Shown here piece after piece: positions 41,973 to 55,266 of a stretch of DNA of 64,000 nt; within the stretch, counting starts at the first letter, position 1, and each line of letters begins with the position of its first letter. The position numbers and the translations under genes were made by a program. The stretch covers positions 177,568,001 through 177,632,000 of the forward strand of contig OZ024742.1 of NCBI GenBank assembly GCA_964016885.1, in the 5' to 3' direction. The DNA is from Eledone cirrhosa. Lineage: Eukaryota. Under the pieces are notes generated by a model. It ran no database searches. It was not told where the DNA came from and saw nothing but the letters and a program-made list of their open reading frames with translations.

Positions 41973-42249
41973 GTGTGTGTGTACCCTTAAAGTAGTTAAC
42001 ATGATGTTGGCCTTATCTTTAAAGTATACGTTAGGCTTAGACCCCGCCCAATCCGCCCAAAAGAAAAGTCAAATTCGCATCTCATAACAACATTACGACA
42101 TAATTATTTCATCTCAATTGGTCCTACGTCTTTTAACATTACACTCAAACACATTAAAGCAGAAACAGACACCATCAAATTCAAAGTCTTTTGACAAATT
42201 TCTTCAAGATATCCCAGATAAATCTCCCGCAACTGGATATGTCTCTCTC

Positions 42250-42310
<61 letters not shown>

Positions 42311-42314
<4 letters not shown>

Positions 42315-42482
42315 AATAAAATTATGAAATCGAAAATGCAACTGGAGTCTTATTTAAAAATATATATATATATATTTTTAAATAAGACTCCAGTTGCATT
42401 TTCGATTTCATCTTTTTTTCTTTATATTTTCACTCGTGTAGGACACCTCGGTTATTTTTCATTTTGTAAAAAAACCTCACTT

Positions 42483-42487
<5 letters not shown>
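42311..42487 (+). mobile_element. Fold-back element family F5
   Basis: Arms about 42323-42360 / 42375-42411 around a TA core, with tail and (TA)n flanks. Confidence 0.8.
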
Positions 42488-42574
<87 letters not shown>

Positions 42575-42683
42575 ATAGTGGTAGAACACTGGAAGGTAAT
42601 ATCCTAATATCCGTAGTGGTAGAGCACTAAGTCCATGGGACGAGTTAGGTAAAAGTGGTTACACAACAGTTAGTTCACCATAC

Positions 42684-42721
42684 CGAGAACAATTGTTTCA
42701 CATTAGCGGATCCTCAGCTCG
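42684..42721 (-). ncRNA. Minimal type I hammerhead ribozyme motif
   Basis: CGAG CTGAGGA TCCGCTAATGT GAAA CAATTG TT CTCG: stem I CGAG/CTCG, intact core, palindromic stem III ACAATTGT, GUU cleavage triplet; stem II weak in this copy. Confidence 0.8.
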
Positions 42722-42729
42722 TAATATTA

Positions 42730-42767
42730 CGAGCTGAGGATCCGCTAAGGTGAACCATTTGTTCTCG
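42730..42767 (+). ncRNA. Mirror hammerhead motif (GAAA mutated to GAAC)
   Basis: CGAG CTGAGGA TCCGCTAAGGT GAAC CATTTG TT CTCG. Confidence 0.65.
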
Positions 42768-42983
42768 ATATGGTGAACTAACTGTTGTGTAATCACTTTT
42801 ATATATATATATATAACAAAGAGGGTGTGGTAAGTTACTTGGTGGACCATAACGCACCAGAGTACTCAATACTTAGGGTATTAGAGTGGGTAATATAAAA
42901 ATAGACTGGACCCCGACGGCTGAGCTCCGGTCTTTGGGGTCATAACTCGTTTGATGTATGTATATATATATATATATACATAT

Positions 42984-43157
42984 GAGTCCGGGGTTCAATC
43001 GTGGGTAACCACAATACGTAATGTACTCAATACATTAGTAGGCTGCATACAACAACATTTAATATAGAAATGGCTTCTACAGGACCACAACTGCTTCATT
43101 CGAAGGTAATCATCAGGAAAAGCATTTCTGCTCCTGTAGAAGCCATTTCTATTAAAT
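42984..43157 (-). mobile_element. Fold-back element related to F2
   Basis: Arms about 43065-43084 / 43132-43151; minus strand CTGATGA TTACCTTCGAAT GAAG CAGTTGTG GTCCTGTAG; tail GTACTCAATAC. Confidence 0.85.
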
Positions 43158-43163
43158 TTTGTG

Positions 43164-43210
<47 letters not shown>

Positions 43211-44019
43211 GTGTGTGTGTCTGTGTGTGAGTGTGTGTGTGTGTGTGTTTTGTCTTTATTTGTGTGTATGCGTATGTATTTGTGTGCGTCTGTGTGCATA
43301 CATACATACACACATATTTGTGTCTGCTGATGTGTTAAAGACATTTTACAATTGAATTGTGTATATTCTACAAAGCAATTGACGTAGTAAAGGTCTCATG
43401 AGTAATTAATTAAATCCCAAAGAATGCTCATATTAATCTCCCGTACGTTAATATCGATTAAACTTCGCTTCATATAACGAAAATTATATGTGCCTATTAC
43501 ATTCATCAATCCCGAGTGAATTCTCTTTCTAGAAACGTTCTAATACATAATACTCAATTTGGGAACATCGTCTTTTGGAGGAAATGTTTAGACATTCATA
43601 ATAGCTTCTATTTACGTAGACATGCATCTGTAACACCAGCAGCGAAAACGTACGAAATATTTTGGAAAAACAAAAGCTTTTTCCCGCCTCAACACATTCT
43701 ATCCGATCATCCATTTCCTGTTCAACGAAAGAAAAAGGAATATTCTATCTCCATCAAAATGAATACAAACTAAACTCTCGGAAATATTTTACGCGCAACC
43801 CTTTTACCTTTTCTTACATCTTACTTGACTAAATCTATTGTAATAAAAATAATTTGTATGGCAATAAATCCTACTCTCGTCAGAGCTGAGAAAGTGTTGT
43901 ATGTAGTGGACAATAATACGGCTATCAGATATAATGGTTAGTTGCGATATAAACGGGCTCCTGCCAGACAAATAAACAACCCCGAGTAATATGGTTTGAG
44001 GCAACAGAATAAACCATGC

Positions 44020-45480
44020 TGCATCAGCCTTCGCGTGGGTTCACAGAGGACGCGTACAGGCCTTAGGTAGGGAGGCCTGTTCGAAAATATATTGCAGTCT
44101 CCATCTCGTGCTGCAAAAGCTGGCGATGGGGCTACGACTTGTCCTGCGAATCATGATATGTACGCCCAAATATAACGAATCACAATACCCCAAAGAGGGT
44201 TCGGAGGGCAGAACACTGTAACCATTCGAGTCTGGAATATTACCGGTAAGGTAAGTGGAGAAATCCAGATTCTACCGGCTAGATAGTATCGAGATTTCCT
44301 CAACAAAGTGCCGTGTTGAGAGATTGATTACTCAAGACTAGCTTAAGAACAGTATGGTTTTCAGCCGATGCAGCACAGCCGACCATATATCAACAATGCG
44401 GCAGGTTTTTGATAAATCGCGGAAGTACTGCGACGATATGTATGCTTACTTCGTGAACATCGAAAATGTATTCCACAGCGTTCCACGGATCCTGTTACGG
44501 AAGGTTCTGCAGGAATATGGTATCGATAGATGTCTTTCTTTTGCTCTGGTGTCACTATACTAATGCTCTATTATTTGTGATAGTATAAATGGCATTAATT
44601 CAATATGGGAATCGGACACCACTTAGAGTGTGAACAACCCCCTCTCCTGTTCATTGTTTACAAGAACAGGATTTCCATGCAGAACTTGGTTGGAAGCGGT
44701 ATTATGACTGGCAAGTGTAGGACCAGTCAACTGGAATTTCAGACGACCTGGTCAGAAAAGTTATCGCGGCATGCACTTGATAGGGTTGATGCCAAGTGCT
44801 GCACGACTGGAATGATAATAGTGCTGCGAAGACTGAGATACTCCACACACAAAAACATGCGCAGTACATTCTAAATGTGAATGGAATTCCTCTAAATCAG
44901 TTGGAGAAGTTCAAGTACCTCGGGGTCATGTTCACGAGTGATGGACGGCAGGGGGCTGAATTAAATGCCAGAATTGCAGGGGCTCGAGCAATAATGTGCA
45001 ACCTATAGCATTTGGCGAACAGCAGAAAAAAGGTAGTTGTAAAAGCCCAAATCACTATCTTCTATCCGGTATTCGTGCCAAACTTGACCTATCGTCATAT
45101 TTCTTGTGTAATAATCGCGAATACAAGCTCCCGAAATTAGGTTCTTCGGAAGGGTCTCGTTAGCGTGCGTAGCTCGGAGATCAAAGACTCACTTCAGGTA
45201 GAGTCACTACGTTTCCGAATTGAGAGATCACAGCTCCGATACTACGGGCATGTGGTTACAAAGTCTCAGAAAGAATTGGTGGATACATTGTACGGGCAAA
45301 ACCAACCGGCAAGAAGCCCAGATGTAGAAGACGAGAAAAATGGTTGTAAACATCCATGAGCTTGGTTTGCCTCGGTTGGGGATCCAGCCGGATAAGTAGG
45401 AGACTGTTGCTCTGAGAGGACCTGCTGGAAGGAGTGTTTAAGAACTCTGCCTCCAGAATAAAGATGTCTTGTTTGAAGAA
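44020..45480 (+). mobile_element. Decayed, internally deleted RTE-clade LINE
   Basis: RCSTADHISTMRQVFDK..FHSVPR..LQEYGI, QLEKFKYLGVMFTSDG, IERSQLRYYGHV. Confidence 0.88.
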
Positions 45481-46021
45481 TGTTAAGCATTTGGTTGACA
45501 ATATATAAACCTGTTTTTATATGGGTCTTCTAATTTAGATGTAAGGAAATTACTTGGTTATCATACAGGTCCATTATATTACTTTATAATATTTAATAAA
45601 AACCCAATTTTGAAGGCATTCCTTGTTTCTTAATCGTGGTTACATAAATACGTATCGTGTATACATAAATACATATATATTGAGAAAAAAATTATTTTTT
45701 AAATTCAATGGTGATTTAGGATTGGTAATAAAGTTTGGATAGAGGAAGAAGTTTGCGGTAATGATATAGGTTGTTTGGATTAATTCGTAAGTCATATAGA
45801 AATAAGATGAGAATTATAATTCCAATATGGGAAAATATTAGAGTGATATGAAATGTTTAAGGCTAAAATTATCTCAGGTTAGGTGATATTAATACATGGT
45901 AATTTAAGTTGTATTTAAATTTTAATATTACTTTTGAATATTTATTAGAGTTTAGATAGAAGAATATGATTTTCATTAAGTCAATTTGGCTTGTTAGATA
46001 ATAAGTTATTTTGATTAGTAG

Positions 46022-46450
46022 AGAGAAGAAGAAGAAGAAGAAGAAGAAGAAGAAGAAGAAGAAGAAGAAGAAGAAGAAGAAGAAGAAGAAGAAGAAGAAG
46101 AAGAAGAAGAAGAAGAATTGTCATAGGGATGGTTAAAGCCCCTTCACGCTTTTTGGAACGCTTCAAAAACCGTGCTTGCTTGGAACAGCAAGAACCCTCC
46201 GATACGTCCTGAATATCTGAGGCTGCAGGTAGTGACTTGATATTCATTTCAACAAACTTTCCAGTTAACTAACATCAAGAAGAAGAAGAAGAAGAAGAAG
46301 AAGAAGAAGAAGAAGAAGAAGAAGAAGAAGAAGAAGAAGAAGAAGAAGAAGAAGAAGAAGAAGAAGAAGAAGAAGAAGAAGAAGAAGACGAAGAAGAAGA
46401 AGAAGAAGAAGAAGAAGAAGAAGAAGAAGAAGAAGAAGAAGAAGAAGAAG
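46022..46450. repeat. (GAA)n arrays flanking a D1 fragment
   Basis: Directly visible. Confidence 0.97.
46117..46278 (+). mobile_element. Short D1 3' fragment embedded in (GAA)n
   Basis: Matches D1 about 40581-40782 with two internal deletions. Confidence 0.92.
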
Positions 46451-47487
46451 ACGCACGTGGTGGTAGAAGGTCATGAAATCGCTCCCGTAAGTTTTTGATT
46501 TTTAACATATTTAAATCAATTGTGAAATAACGATTCTTAGTACAACTGATGCATAAACCACCGAATCAAGTCTCATAAAATTTCGGATCCATATTATATT
46601 GTTATATCGCTCAAATATTCAATTTTGTATTATATATTTTGCATTCAAAAAAGAAAATGGTTATAAATGGAAGAAAACACCCTCTGTCTACACTATATAG
46701 AACAGCCAAATAACAGCAAGTTCACCAACACCAGAAACTTGATACACCACCTACCCCATCACACTAAATATAACAGCCAGATAACGGCAATTTCACCATC
46801 ACCACCACCAATCCCAGCATCATAATAATAATAATTACTATTATTATTGTCTCAAGTTTTAACAAAATGTTTAATTCCAACTTTACGGGAATATGTCAAC
46901 ACAATATATATTAAATATACGCGACACAAACGCATAGATACTACAGATCAAACAAAACTAGTTTATTTAACACATATATTAAACATACGCGACACAAACT
47001 CATAGATACTACATATCACAAAACTGAGTAACGACAACGCCACCGCCGCCACCACTCCATCCATCATTGCTACCACTATCCCATCACCGCCGCCACCACT
47101 CCTTCATTGCTACCACCACTATTCCCCTGTTAACTTAAGAAAGGGGAAGGTGGCGGTATCACTAGACAAGGGAGAGGCTAGCAAAAGATATAAATAGATT
47201 GACTTAGTGGCCTGGCCACCGGCCAAACGTCAAACAACTATGGCACTGTTGGCTCCCCCCTTCCTCACCAACAATATAAAAAGCCCCAGCACCACCACCG
47301 ACATAGCCAACAACAATAACAGGCAACTTCAGCAAAAAGTATATTATATTATTGTAATGCACTGTGTGATTGCTGGCCTTGTGCCTGGAGTGGAGACAAT
47401 TATTAATAATTTCATTCTTAAGCCACGCAATGCGCACATTAAGGAACCACTCATGATAATAACAATTTAAAAAACACAACAAAAAGA

Positions 47488-50400
47488 AAACCCCGTGACC
47501 AAGAAATACCGGGATGGTGGCCGGCGGGGAATAGCCGTGTCTCTAGCGGAGAACGACCCCTCTAGTATTGGTTGACACTCGTTCTAGAAGTGGTAACACG
47601 AAATGATTACCCCCTGGCGGATAAGGATAAAACGCGACAAAATAAAGTAAATGTCTAATGATAAAATCTCATACCGGATCGGCCGTCACCCGGGTAAAAA
47701 AGGGCCGCGTCCCTCAGAGAGGAACCAGACTGGGGTCGAAAAATCAGCTAATGGTTCAAACCTTCCCATCACTTCGGAGCTGGAGACCTCCCATAACCGG
47801 AATACTCCTACTGTTGGCTCTCCATGCTCACCACCAAGAAATCCAAAGAAAAAGAGAGAAAAATGTTCAAGAGAAGATAATAAAGAAGTCCTTGAGGCTT
47901 TCTACACTGCCATGTACTACCCATCAAATACATCGAATACAGAACAGACATATATCAACTGGAAAAAGAAACATCACGAAAACAGAGGCTATATTGACAG
48001 TAACAAACTAGCCAATATACGAAGAAATATTGTAAGAAAAAAGTTACTAACTGATATAGAAATTGATCAGATCAAGCTATTAGCACAAAGTCAGCGAAGG
48101 GAAAATGAAACATGTGTCAGTGAAAACGAGGTAAATTGTAACACTTCGAATCCCAGGGTTGGGGCGGAATCACTGGCAACAGAACAAATTAAAGAAAGGA
48201 TCGAAAAAGTGGAGGGAGTGCATGCTCAAGATGAAACTCCAAATGAAAATAATGAGATCGTAAATGATAAAGAAATGAATGAGAATGAACTTGCCAACTT
48301 GAAGGATGAAATTATGATCGAATGGATGAACATGAAAGATTCTGACATGGGGCAACGAGACACCCTCCCTAAGATCCAGAACTCCAAACAGAACCAAAAG
48401 ATAATACACAAGACTAACATAATTCTCAAAAACATTATCATCACAAACAAACTAAACATTACTGATTTAAATCATCTCTATTATGCAACGGCTCAAGTCA
48501 CCATTCACTTATGTGGAGTGAAGATGAAAAAACAAAGGAATTCCCACAAGAAATCTACTTGGCAAGAGAACATCAATCGCCAAATAAACCTTCTTCGATC
48601 TGACATAGAAATTTTAACAAACTATAAAGTAGGTGAACATGTTAAACAAACTAAACTTAGAAAATTGAAAAGAAAGTACAGTATAAAATCAACAAGTGAC
48701 ATAGACATGCTGATAGAAATAATCAAGCAAAAAGTGTCGGCCAAAGCTGCTCGTATAAGGCGCTTTGAAAAACGATCTAGATTCTATAAGGACAATTATA
48801 TGTTCAAAAACAACCAAAGAAACTTCTACAGAAAAATTGGTAAGTCAACAATAACTGCTAAATCAATACCACCCAAGGAGGAAGTGCAAGAATTCCTGGA
48901 AAAGATCTGGGCCGAAGAAAAAGTTCATAACATACATGCCCCATGGATAGACAGACAAATGAAAGATACAGCTCACCTTGAGGAACAAATATGGGAAAAT
49001 ATAACAGTTGAACAGTTGCGCTTGGCTCTAAGAAAAACCAGCAAATGGAAATCCCCAGGAAAAGACAAAATACAAAATGTTTGAATAAATGCCTTCACAG
49101 AGTCTCATGAGCTGTTAGCCCAACTTTACAATGAAATAGTTAAGGAGCCAGAAAAGATACCATCATGGATAGTTAACGGCATTACATTCCTGCTTCCGAA
49201 GAATGATGAGACAAACAATCCCAAAAATTACAGACCGATAACTTGCTTGACCACAATGTATAAACTTTTAACATCAGTCCTAACTGAATACACATATGAC
49301 CACCTGATAACAAATGACCTATTTCCCATTGAGCAGAAAGGGTGTAAACGAGGCTCATATGGCTGTAAGGATCAGATGTTGGTTAACAAAATGATACTGG
49401 AAGATTGTCATAATAGACACAAAAATCTATCGATTGCTTGGATAGATTATCAAAAAGCATTCGATAGTTTGCCACACAGTTGGATTGAAAAATGTTTAGA
49501 GATTTCCAAATTATCCCCCATTGTCAGGAGGTTTTTGTCATTCAGTATGAAGACATGGAAAACGACACTCCTTTTGAATAGTGAAACAAAATCACTGGAA
49601 GCTGGAGAAGTTAATATTAATTGTGGAATTTTTCAGGTTGACTCTTTATCACCGCTTTTATTCTGCATCGCACTTATACCATTAAGTAAAATGCTCAATG
49701 AAACGAAACATGTATGACAAAACCATTAATCACTTGTTCTACATGGATGACCTGAAACTATTTGCAAAAGATGATGAACAATTGCAAGGGCTATTATCCA
49801 CTGTGGAGCAGTTCAGTGATGACATTAAAATGAAATGGAGTTTGGACTAGATAAATGCGCCAAAGCAACGTTCACCAGAGGAAAGCTGCTGAAGAGTTCA
49901 GACATTAATCTTGATCGGGGGAACGTTATAAGAGAACTTGATCAAGAAAAAACTTACAAATATCTAGGTGTTTGTGAAGGAGACGGAATCAAGCACTCGA
50001 CAATGAGGGAAAGGATAAGGAAGGAATGTTACCGCAGAGTAAGAGCAATCTTAAGAACGGAATTGAATGCTAGGAATAGGATCAATGCCATAAACACGCT
50101 TGCCATACCAGTAGTAACCTACAGTTACAATGTCATCAACTGGTCAAGCACAGAGATCCGTAGGCTCGATACAAAAATTCGAAAATTCTTAACCATGCAC
50201 AGAATGCATCACCCTAAGGCAGATATAGATAGAATATATCTCCCTAGGAAAGAAGGAGGACGTGGGTTAATCCAGTTAGACATTGCGTTGAAAACTGCAA
50301 CAATTGGATTATCTATATATCTAAGGGAATCACATGATTGGATGATCAAACTCGTTTTGAAACACGAAAGCATCAAAAGATCATATTCCATTATAAAAGA

Positions 50401-51440
50401 TGCACAAAGATACAGTAATGGACTACAAATTTCAGAAGTCCCATTTACTGCTGAAATGGAAAACACAGAAAAAGCAAAGCAGGTAAAAGTAACTGCAAAG
50501 AAAGAACTACTACAGAAACTGGCTAAGAAATGGCAAGAAAAGCCTCTGTATGGAAAATACCCAGAGCGAGCTAACAATCCTGATGTTGACAACACTTTAA
50601 CCCATCAGTGGTTGGCATCCTCTGGACTGAAATCGTAGACTGAAGGACTGATTATATCAGCACAAGATCAGTGTCTGCCAACAAAAAATTACCAAGCCAA
50701 CATAATAAAAAATGGATGCAGCCCATTATGCCGTGTATGCAAAAAACAACCAGAGACCATTGACCATATAATTTCAATGTGCAGTCCTATAGCTCCAACC
50801 GAATACCTAAACAGTCATGACAGAGCTGCACAATACATACATTGGATAATGTGTAAGCATTTTGACCTGCCCCATCAAAAGAATTGGTGGGTGCATCAAC
50901 CACCTCCCATACTTGAAAAAGATCACATCTCAATCTTGTGGAACTTTAGCATCTAAACAGACCGAAAAATAGATGCAAATAGACCTGATATAATATTGAA
51001 GGACTTTAAAAAGAGGGTATGCCTGCTAATTGATATGTCTGTTCTAATAGACAAGAATGTATCTATAAAAACATTTGAAAAATTGAGCAAGTATAAGGAC
51101 CTGGAGATAGAAATTGGAAAAATGTGGAAATTGAGAACTAAAACAATACCAGTGGTTGTAGGCGCTCTGGGAATGATACCTAAGGGGTCTAATGATTACT
51201 TATCGCAAATCCCAGGTAACCCGCGTATAGGAGAAATACAAAAGATAGTACTAATTGGAACTGCCCATATACTAAGGAAGATTCTGTCAATATAAGTACA
51301 TCACAAGTCTAAACACTAAAGATGCATGTGTGAGTATGTATGTTCTTTCTTGAACATGGCGGACCTTGTTGTCTCTTGAGGTCACTGGTTGTGACTTGGT
51401 GATAACTCGTATGAACATAAAGCAAGATAAATGCAACAGT
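47488..51440 (+). mobile_element. R4/Dong-clade non-LTR retrotransposon, family D2, near full length
   Basis: Broken single ORF 47651-51295: WKSPGKD, NYRPITCL, WIDYQKAFDSLPHSW, HLFYMDDLK, CRVC..ETIDHI..C, RPD..LLIDMS..EKLSKY; 3' (TAA)n at 51441. Confidence 0.93.
47651..51295 (+). pseudogene. D2 RT-REL polyprotein with a few stops and frameshifts
   Basis: 477-aa N-terminal ORF, then stops near 49082, 50636 and 50953 and indels near 49715-49835. Confidence 0.9.
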
Positions 51441-52393
51441 AATAATAATAATAATAATGTTCTGCTTTACGAATTCGCCACTGAAAAAAATAAAGAATTA
51501 AGTACTTCAGAACCATTGATATAGAACATAGCCGGACTCTAATAAAGATGTTTCTTACACTCAATAATTTATGAGTTTCTTCTGTCTGGGCTATCACATT
51601 TAGAGACATTGTGATATTCGTGAAAAAATTGAGAACCATAAATACCATGGGCAATTGTGTTATCACATTCCTAACTTAAAACCATTACCATGGTGATCAT
51701 AGAGTATTGTTGAACTGATTACAGCAAGATCGTGATGGGTCTCAGCAAAGTGCTGAGAATCGCTTAAAAGAGGATAATCCTTCATCAATGAGCCGGCTGT
51801 GTTCCGTATCCCATATAAATATAGTCAGAAGCGGCTTAGATGAGAAGCAAGTTTTCTAGCATTACTTGATTTTAGAGATATATAATTTCAGATCTCTGGT
51901 ATCAAGGGATTCGCAGGTTTTCCTGCATTTGAGCAGAAAATTTGATGTCAAATTCAATCTATTAAAGAATGAAGGAAAGAACTGCTGCAAATGTCTTCAA
52001 ATTAATCAAGCGTCCCTTCATTTTTATGCTGGTCCAGCTAAATCTCTTAGCAGCTTTGAATAACAGCAAAGGCTGTTGATATAAAACAAAATAAAAAATA
52101 TAGCAGGTGGCTAATGTGCATATCACACATGTTACATATGACGGATAGAAATGAAATAGATATCCTGAGAGAGTAACGAACTAGTGCATCTGCTGTCAAT
52201 ATCAAATAGTGAGTCTGGAGTGACTCACCTGATTGTCATCAAAGTGGCATGTTATATCCTCATAGGAACATATGGTAGCATAAATGCCATCCTATGCGGC
52301 ACATACTGGACAACACAACTGACCGTGTTTAAACAACAATGCAGCAGCGTCAATAAAATGATTTGCTGAGCATATCACAGATAGGTAACCTTT

Positions 52394-52585
52394 ATAATTG
52401 TTTCTACGTTAGGCACAAGGCCAGCAATTATCCAGTGCATTACTGGTACTTTATTTTATCGACCCCGTAAGGATGAAAGGTAAAGTTAACCTTGGCGGGA
52501 TTTGAACTCAGAAAGGCAAGGCGTCCGACCCTCTGCCAATACTGCCAATCCACCGCCCTCTACCAATACTGCCAATCCACCGCCC
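52394..52585 (-). mobile_element. Family A SINE with internal deletion and duplicated head
   Basis: Core and tail; CCCTCT.CCAATACTGCCAATCCACCGCC occurs twice. Confidence 0.87.
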
Positions 52586-53432
52586 GTAATAATAGTTGCA
52601 AGAAGATTCAGCAGGAGAACACTGTGTAACATGACTGGCCCTTTGTTTAACAGAAAGGAATCATCTGGCAGGTTACCAAACAATTTCCAACTACGCAAAT
52701 TCATAAATAATTTGCACCGTTCTGTTGTCCATAATGATAGAACTAAAAGATAAAATAAGCTAGTTCATTAGTACAAATGATTGATTCAACTGCTTAAATC
52801 TACAACAAAAAAAACAACAGAAACAGACCGAACAATGTGTCTCTATGTGTTGGCTTTACTTGCTAGAGATATCAGCCATATTGCTGTGAAAACACACCAT
52901 ATATTCTTATAAAAGGATGAAATCATTGTGCATGTTCCGAAAATCGATTAAAGGTGTTTATCATTTTTCAATTCTAGAGAAATTCGCATTTCTGGCATGT
53001 TTCCCTGTGTATATATTAGAAATGTTTATATACACATTGGTGCAATCTCAGTAACCCACTTTGTATATATACAGATATAACATTATCTTACACTTCGGCT
53101 GCTTGGAACACCTATTAATATACAATGTAATTATTTACCAGTCCACGTGCGCTAATTTACATATGTAACTTAGTGCGTCTATTTCAGAAAATTACTATCA
53201 GCTGATAGGTATATAAGGCCATCAAATACGTGTATCTTTGTGGCTTTTTAAATGATAAACATACCTGCTGGTGAAGACCCAACTATGTCTAAAAATCGAT
53301 TGAAACTGTTTGTCATTTCTTTGTTTTTCAATTACAGAGAAATTCACATTTCTGGCATATTTACTTGTTTAAAATGTATATATTTATATAAAAACTGGCG
53401 CAGTTTCGGTTACCCACAATTTACACACACAC

Positions 53433-53561
<129 letters not shown>

Positions 53562-53597
53562 AACACAAACACAAATATATATATATATATATATATA

Positions 53598-53782
53598 TGG
53601 ATTGGCAGTATCGGTAGAGGGTCGGACACCATGCTTTGACGCATACAGTTACGGCTCTTGCCATTCTGAGTTCAAATCCCGCCATGGTTAACGTTGCCTT
53701 TCACCCTTACGGGGTCGATAAAATAAAGTACCAGTAATGTACTGGGATAATTGCTGGCTTTGTGCCAAAAGTAGAAACAATT
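53598..53782 (+). mobile_element. Family A SINE, full length, (TTA)n tail
   Basis: Box A/B, core, tail. Confidence 0.9.
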
Positions 53783-54014
53783 ATTATTATTATTATTATT
53801 ATTTCGTATTTATAAAGAAACACGGTATGTTTATAGATAAACATTTAGAAATCCATCGCTATGCAAAAAGACACCGGGGCTGACGCCATCAGGTGGTGTC
53901 CAGCGGAAGCAAGTGGGAAAACTGTCGATGCATTTCGAACTTAACTGGTCCTCATCAGAACGATCCCTACTTATTTATGTTCATACATATATACATATAT
54001 GTATATATATATAC

Positions 54015-54081
<67 letters not shown>

Positions 54082-55019
54082 TAGCTATATGTTTGTGTAT
54101 GTGCGTATGCACAAATCTATGTATGTATAAACGTTGCTACTTTAACCATAGAGTAAATGGTCGGATTTAATTACGTTGCAGTTCTGCATATATATACGAT
54201 TGGTTTCTGTGCTGTCAGTTCGCAAATGGCAGAGAACAAGAACTGTGAAAGTATCTCAGCAACTTCGACAATTGTTCTCTAATTCTTCTTGCAAGTCTTT
54301 TACCAAAACTAATCTGAAGAATTTTACTAAACTAATCAAAAGAACTTTGCAACGAATTTTTCACTACTAAATCCTGACAGTCAAGTGTTTGCATTCGTTT
54401 CCTCTTTCTTCCAACATCTTATTTACTATCTTGAAGTTAGGCCACGATTATTTTCTTTTCCGCCGATGCAAAATTCTAAATTGTGGTCGACAGATTTGTT
54501 TCCGTTAATGGAAATAATATATTGAGAAATGAAAGGTAACATGTCGATATTCTGCTTAGTAACATTCGTATTTTCCAATTGTATTTTAGGTTTTATTGAT
54601 ATAGAATATTTTGTCTTTCTTTTCCGTTTTCAATTTTTACTGTCATGGAAGTTCTAGCGAACTCCCTAAACTGACATTCTAAGTACAGCTTAAATATATT
54701 TTATTCCAAGATTAAACTTTTTACCTGCTCTCACGATCTAACATCATGAACAATGAACATTTATGTGAAAGGATGTTAAGCCTGGCAAAATCGAAACTGC
54801 TTTTTCTTTTAATGTTTCTTTCACATCCTCTCATTCTTCCGGAAAATTATTTCCTATTCACTGCAGTGTTTTGAACATTTCTGGATCTGTCGATAGCATT
54901 CAACATTCAGCTACACGATACATCTAAAATAGCAATTGTCTGCTACACTCTCTGGTTTCTTGTTATACATATCAAAATATAACTGGTTTAAAATGAACAT
55001 TTCCATTCTAGCTCAACAA

Positions 55020-55220
55020 AACAGCTTTCTATTACTAGCCTTAATTTACGTCGCCATCTCTCCATCTATTTGATACCAGTTGTTCAAAAATGAAATCATA
55101 GTTGACTGAATCAATACAGTACAAGACAACAAGGCAATCAACTAATCTCCCCTCACAAATGTTTCCTACGAACTTTTTTGACCTTTACCACACAAACACA
55201 CTCACACACAGACATATATT

Positions 55221-55266
<46 letters not shown>

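Larger units (their letters stand above)
42578..42801 (-). mobile_element. Fold-back element family F6 with twin divergent hammerheads
   Basis: Arms 42650-42725 / 42726-42801 with no loop; tail 42578-42649. Confidence 0.92.

Noticed and set aside
47488-47640. HDV-like ribozyme in the Dong 5' UTRs (also 37240-37350)
   Set aside because: GC-rich hairpins are present, but I could not assemble P1/P3/L3/P1.1/J4-2 by eye; needs an RNAmotif or Infernal search
49082-49084. In-frame TGA as selenocysteine or readthrough in D2
   Set aside because: Aligns with Trp in D1 (GYWIK), and the element has other stops and indels, so this is ordinary decay
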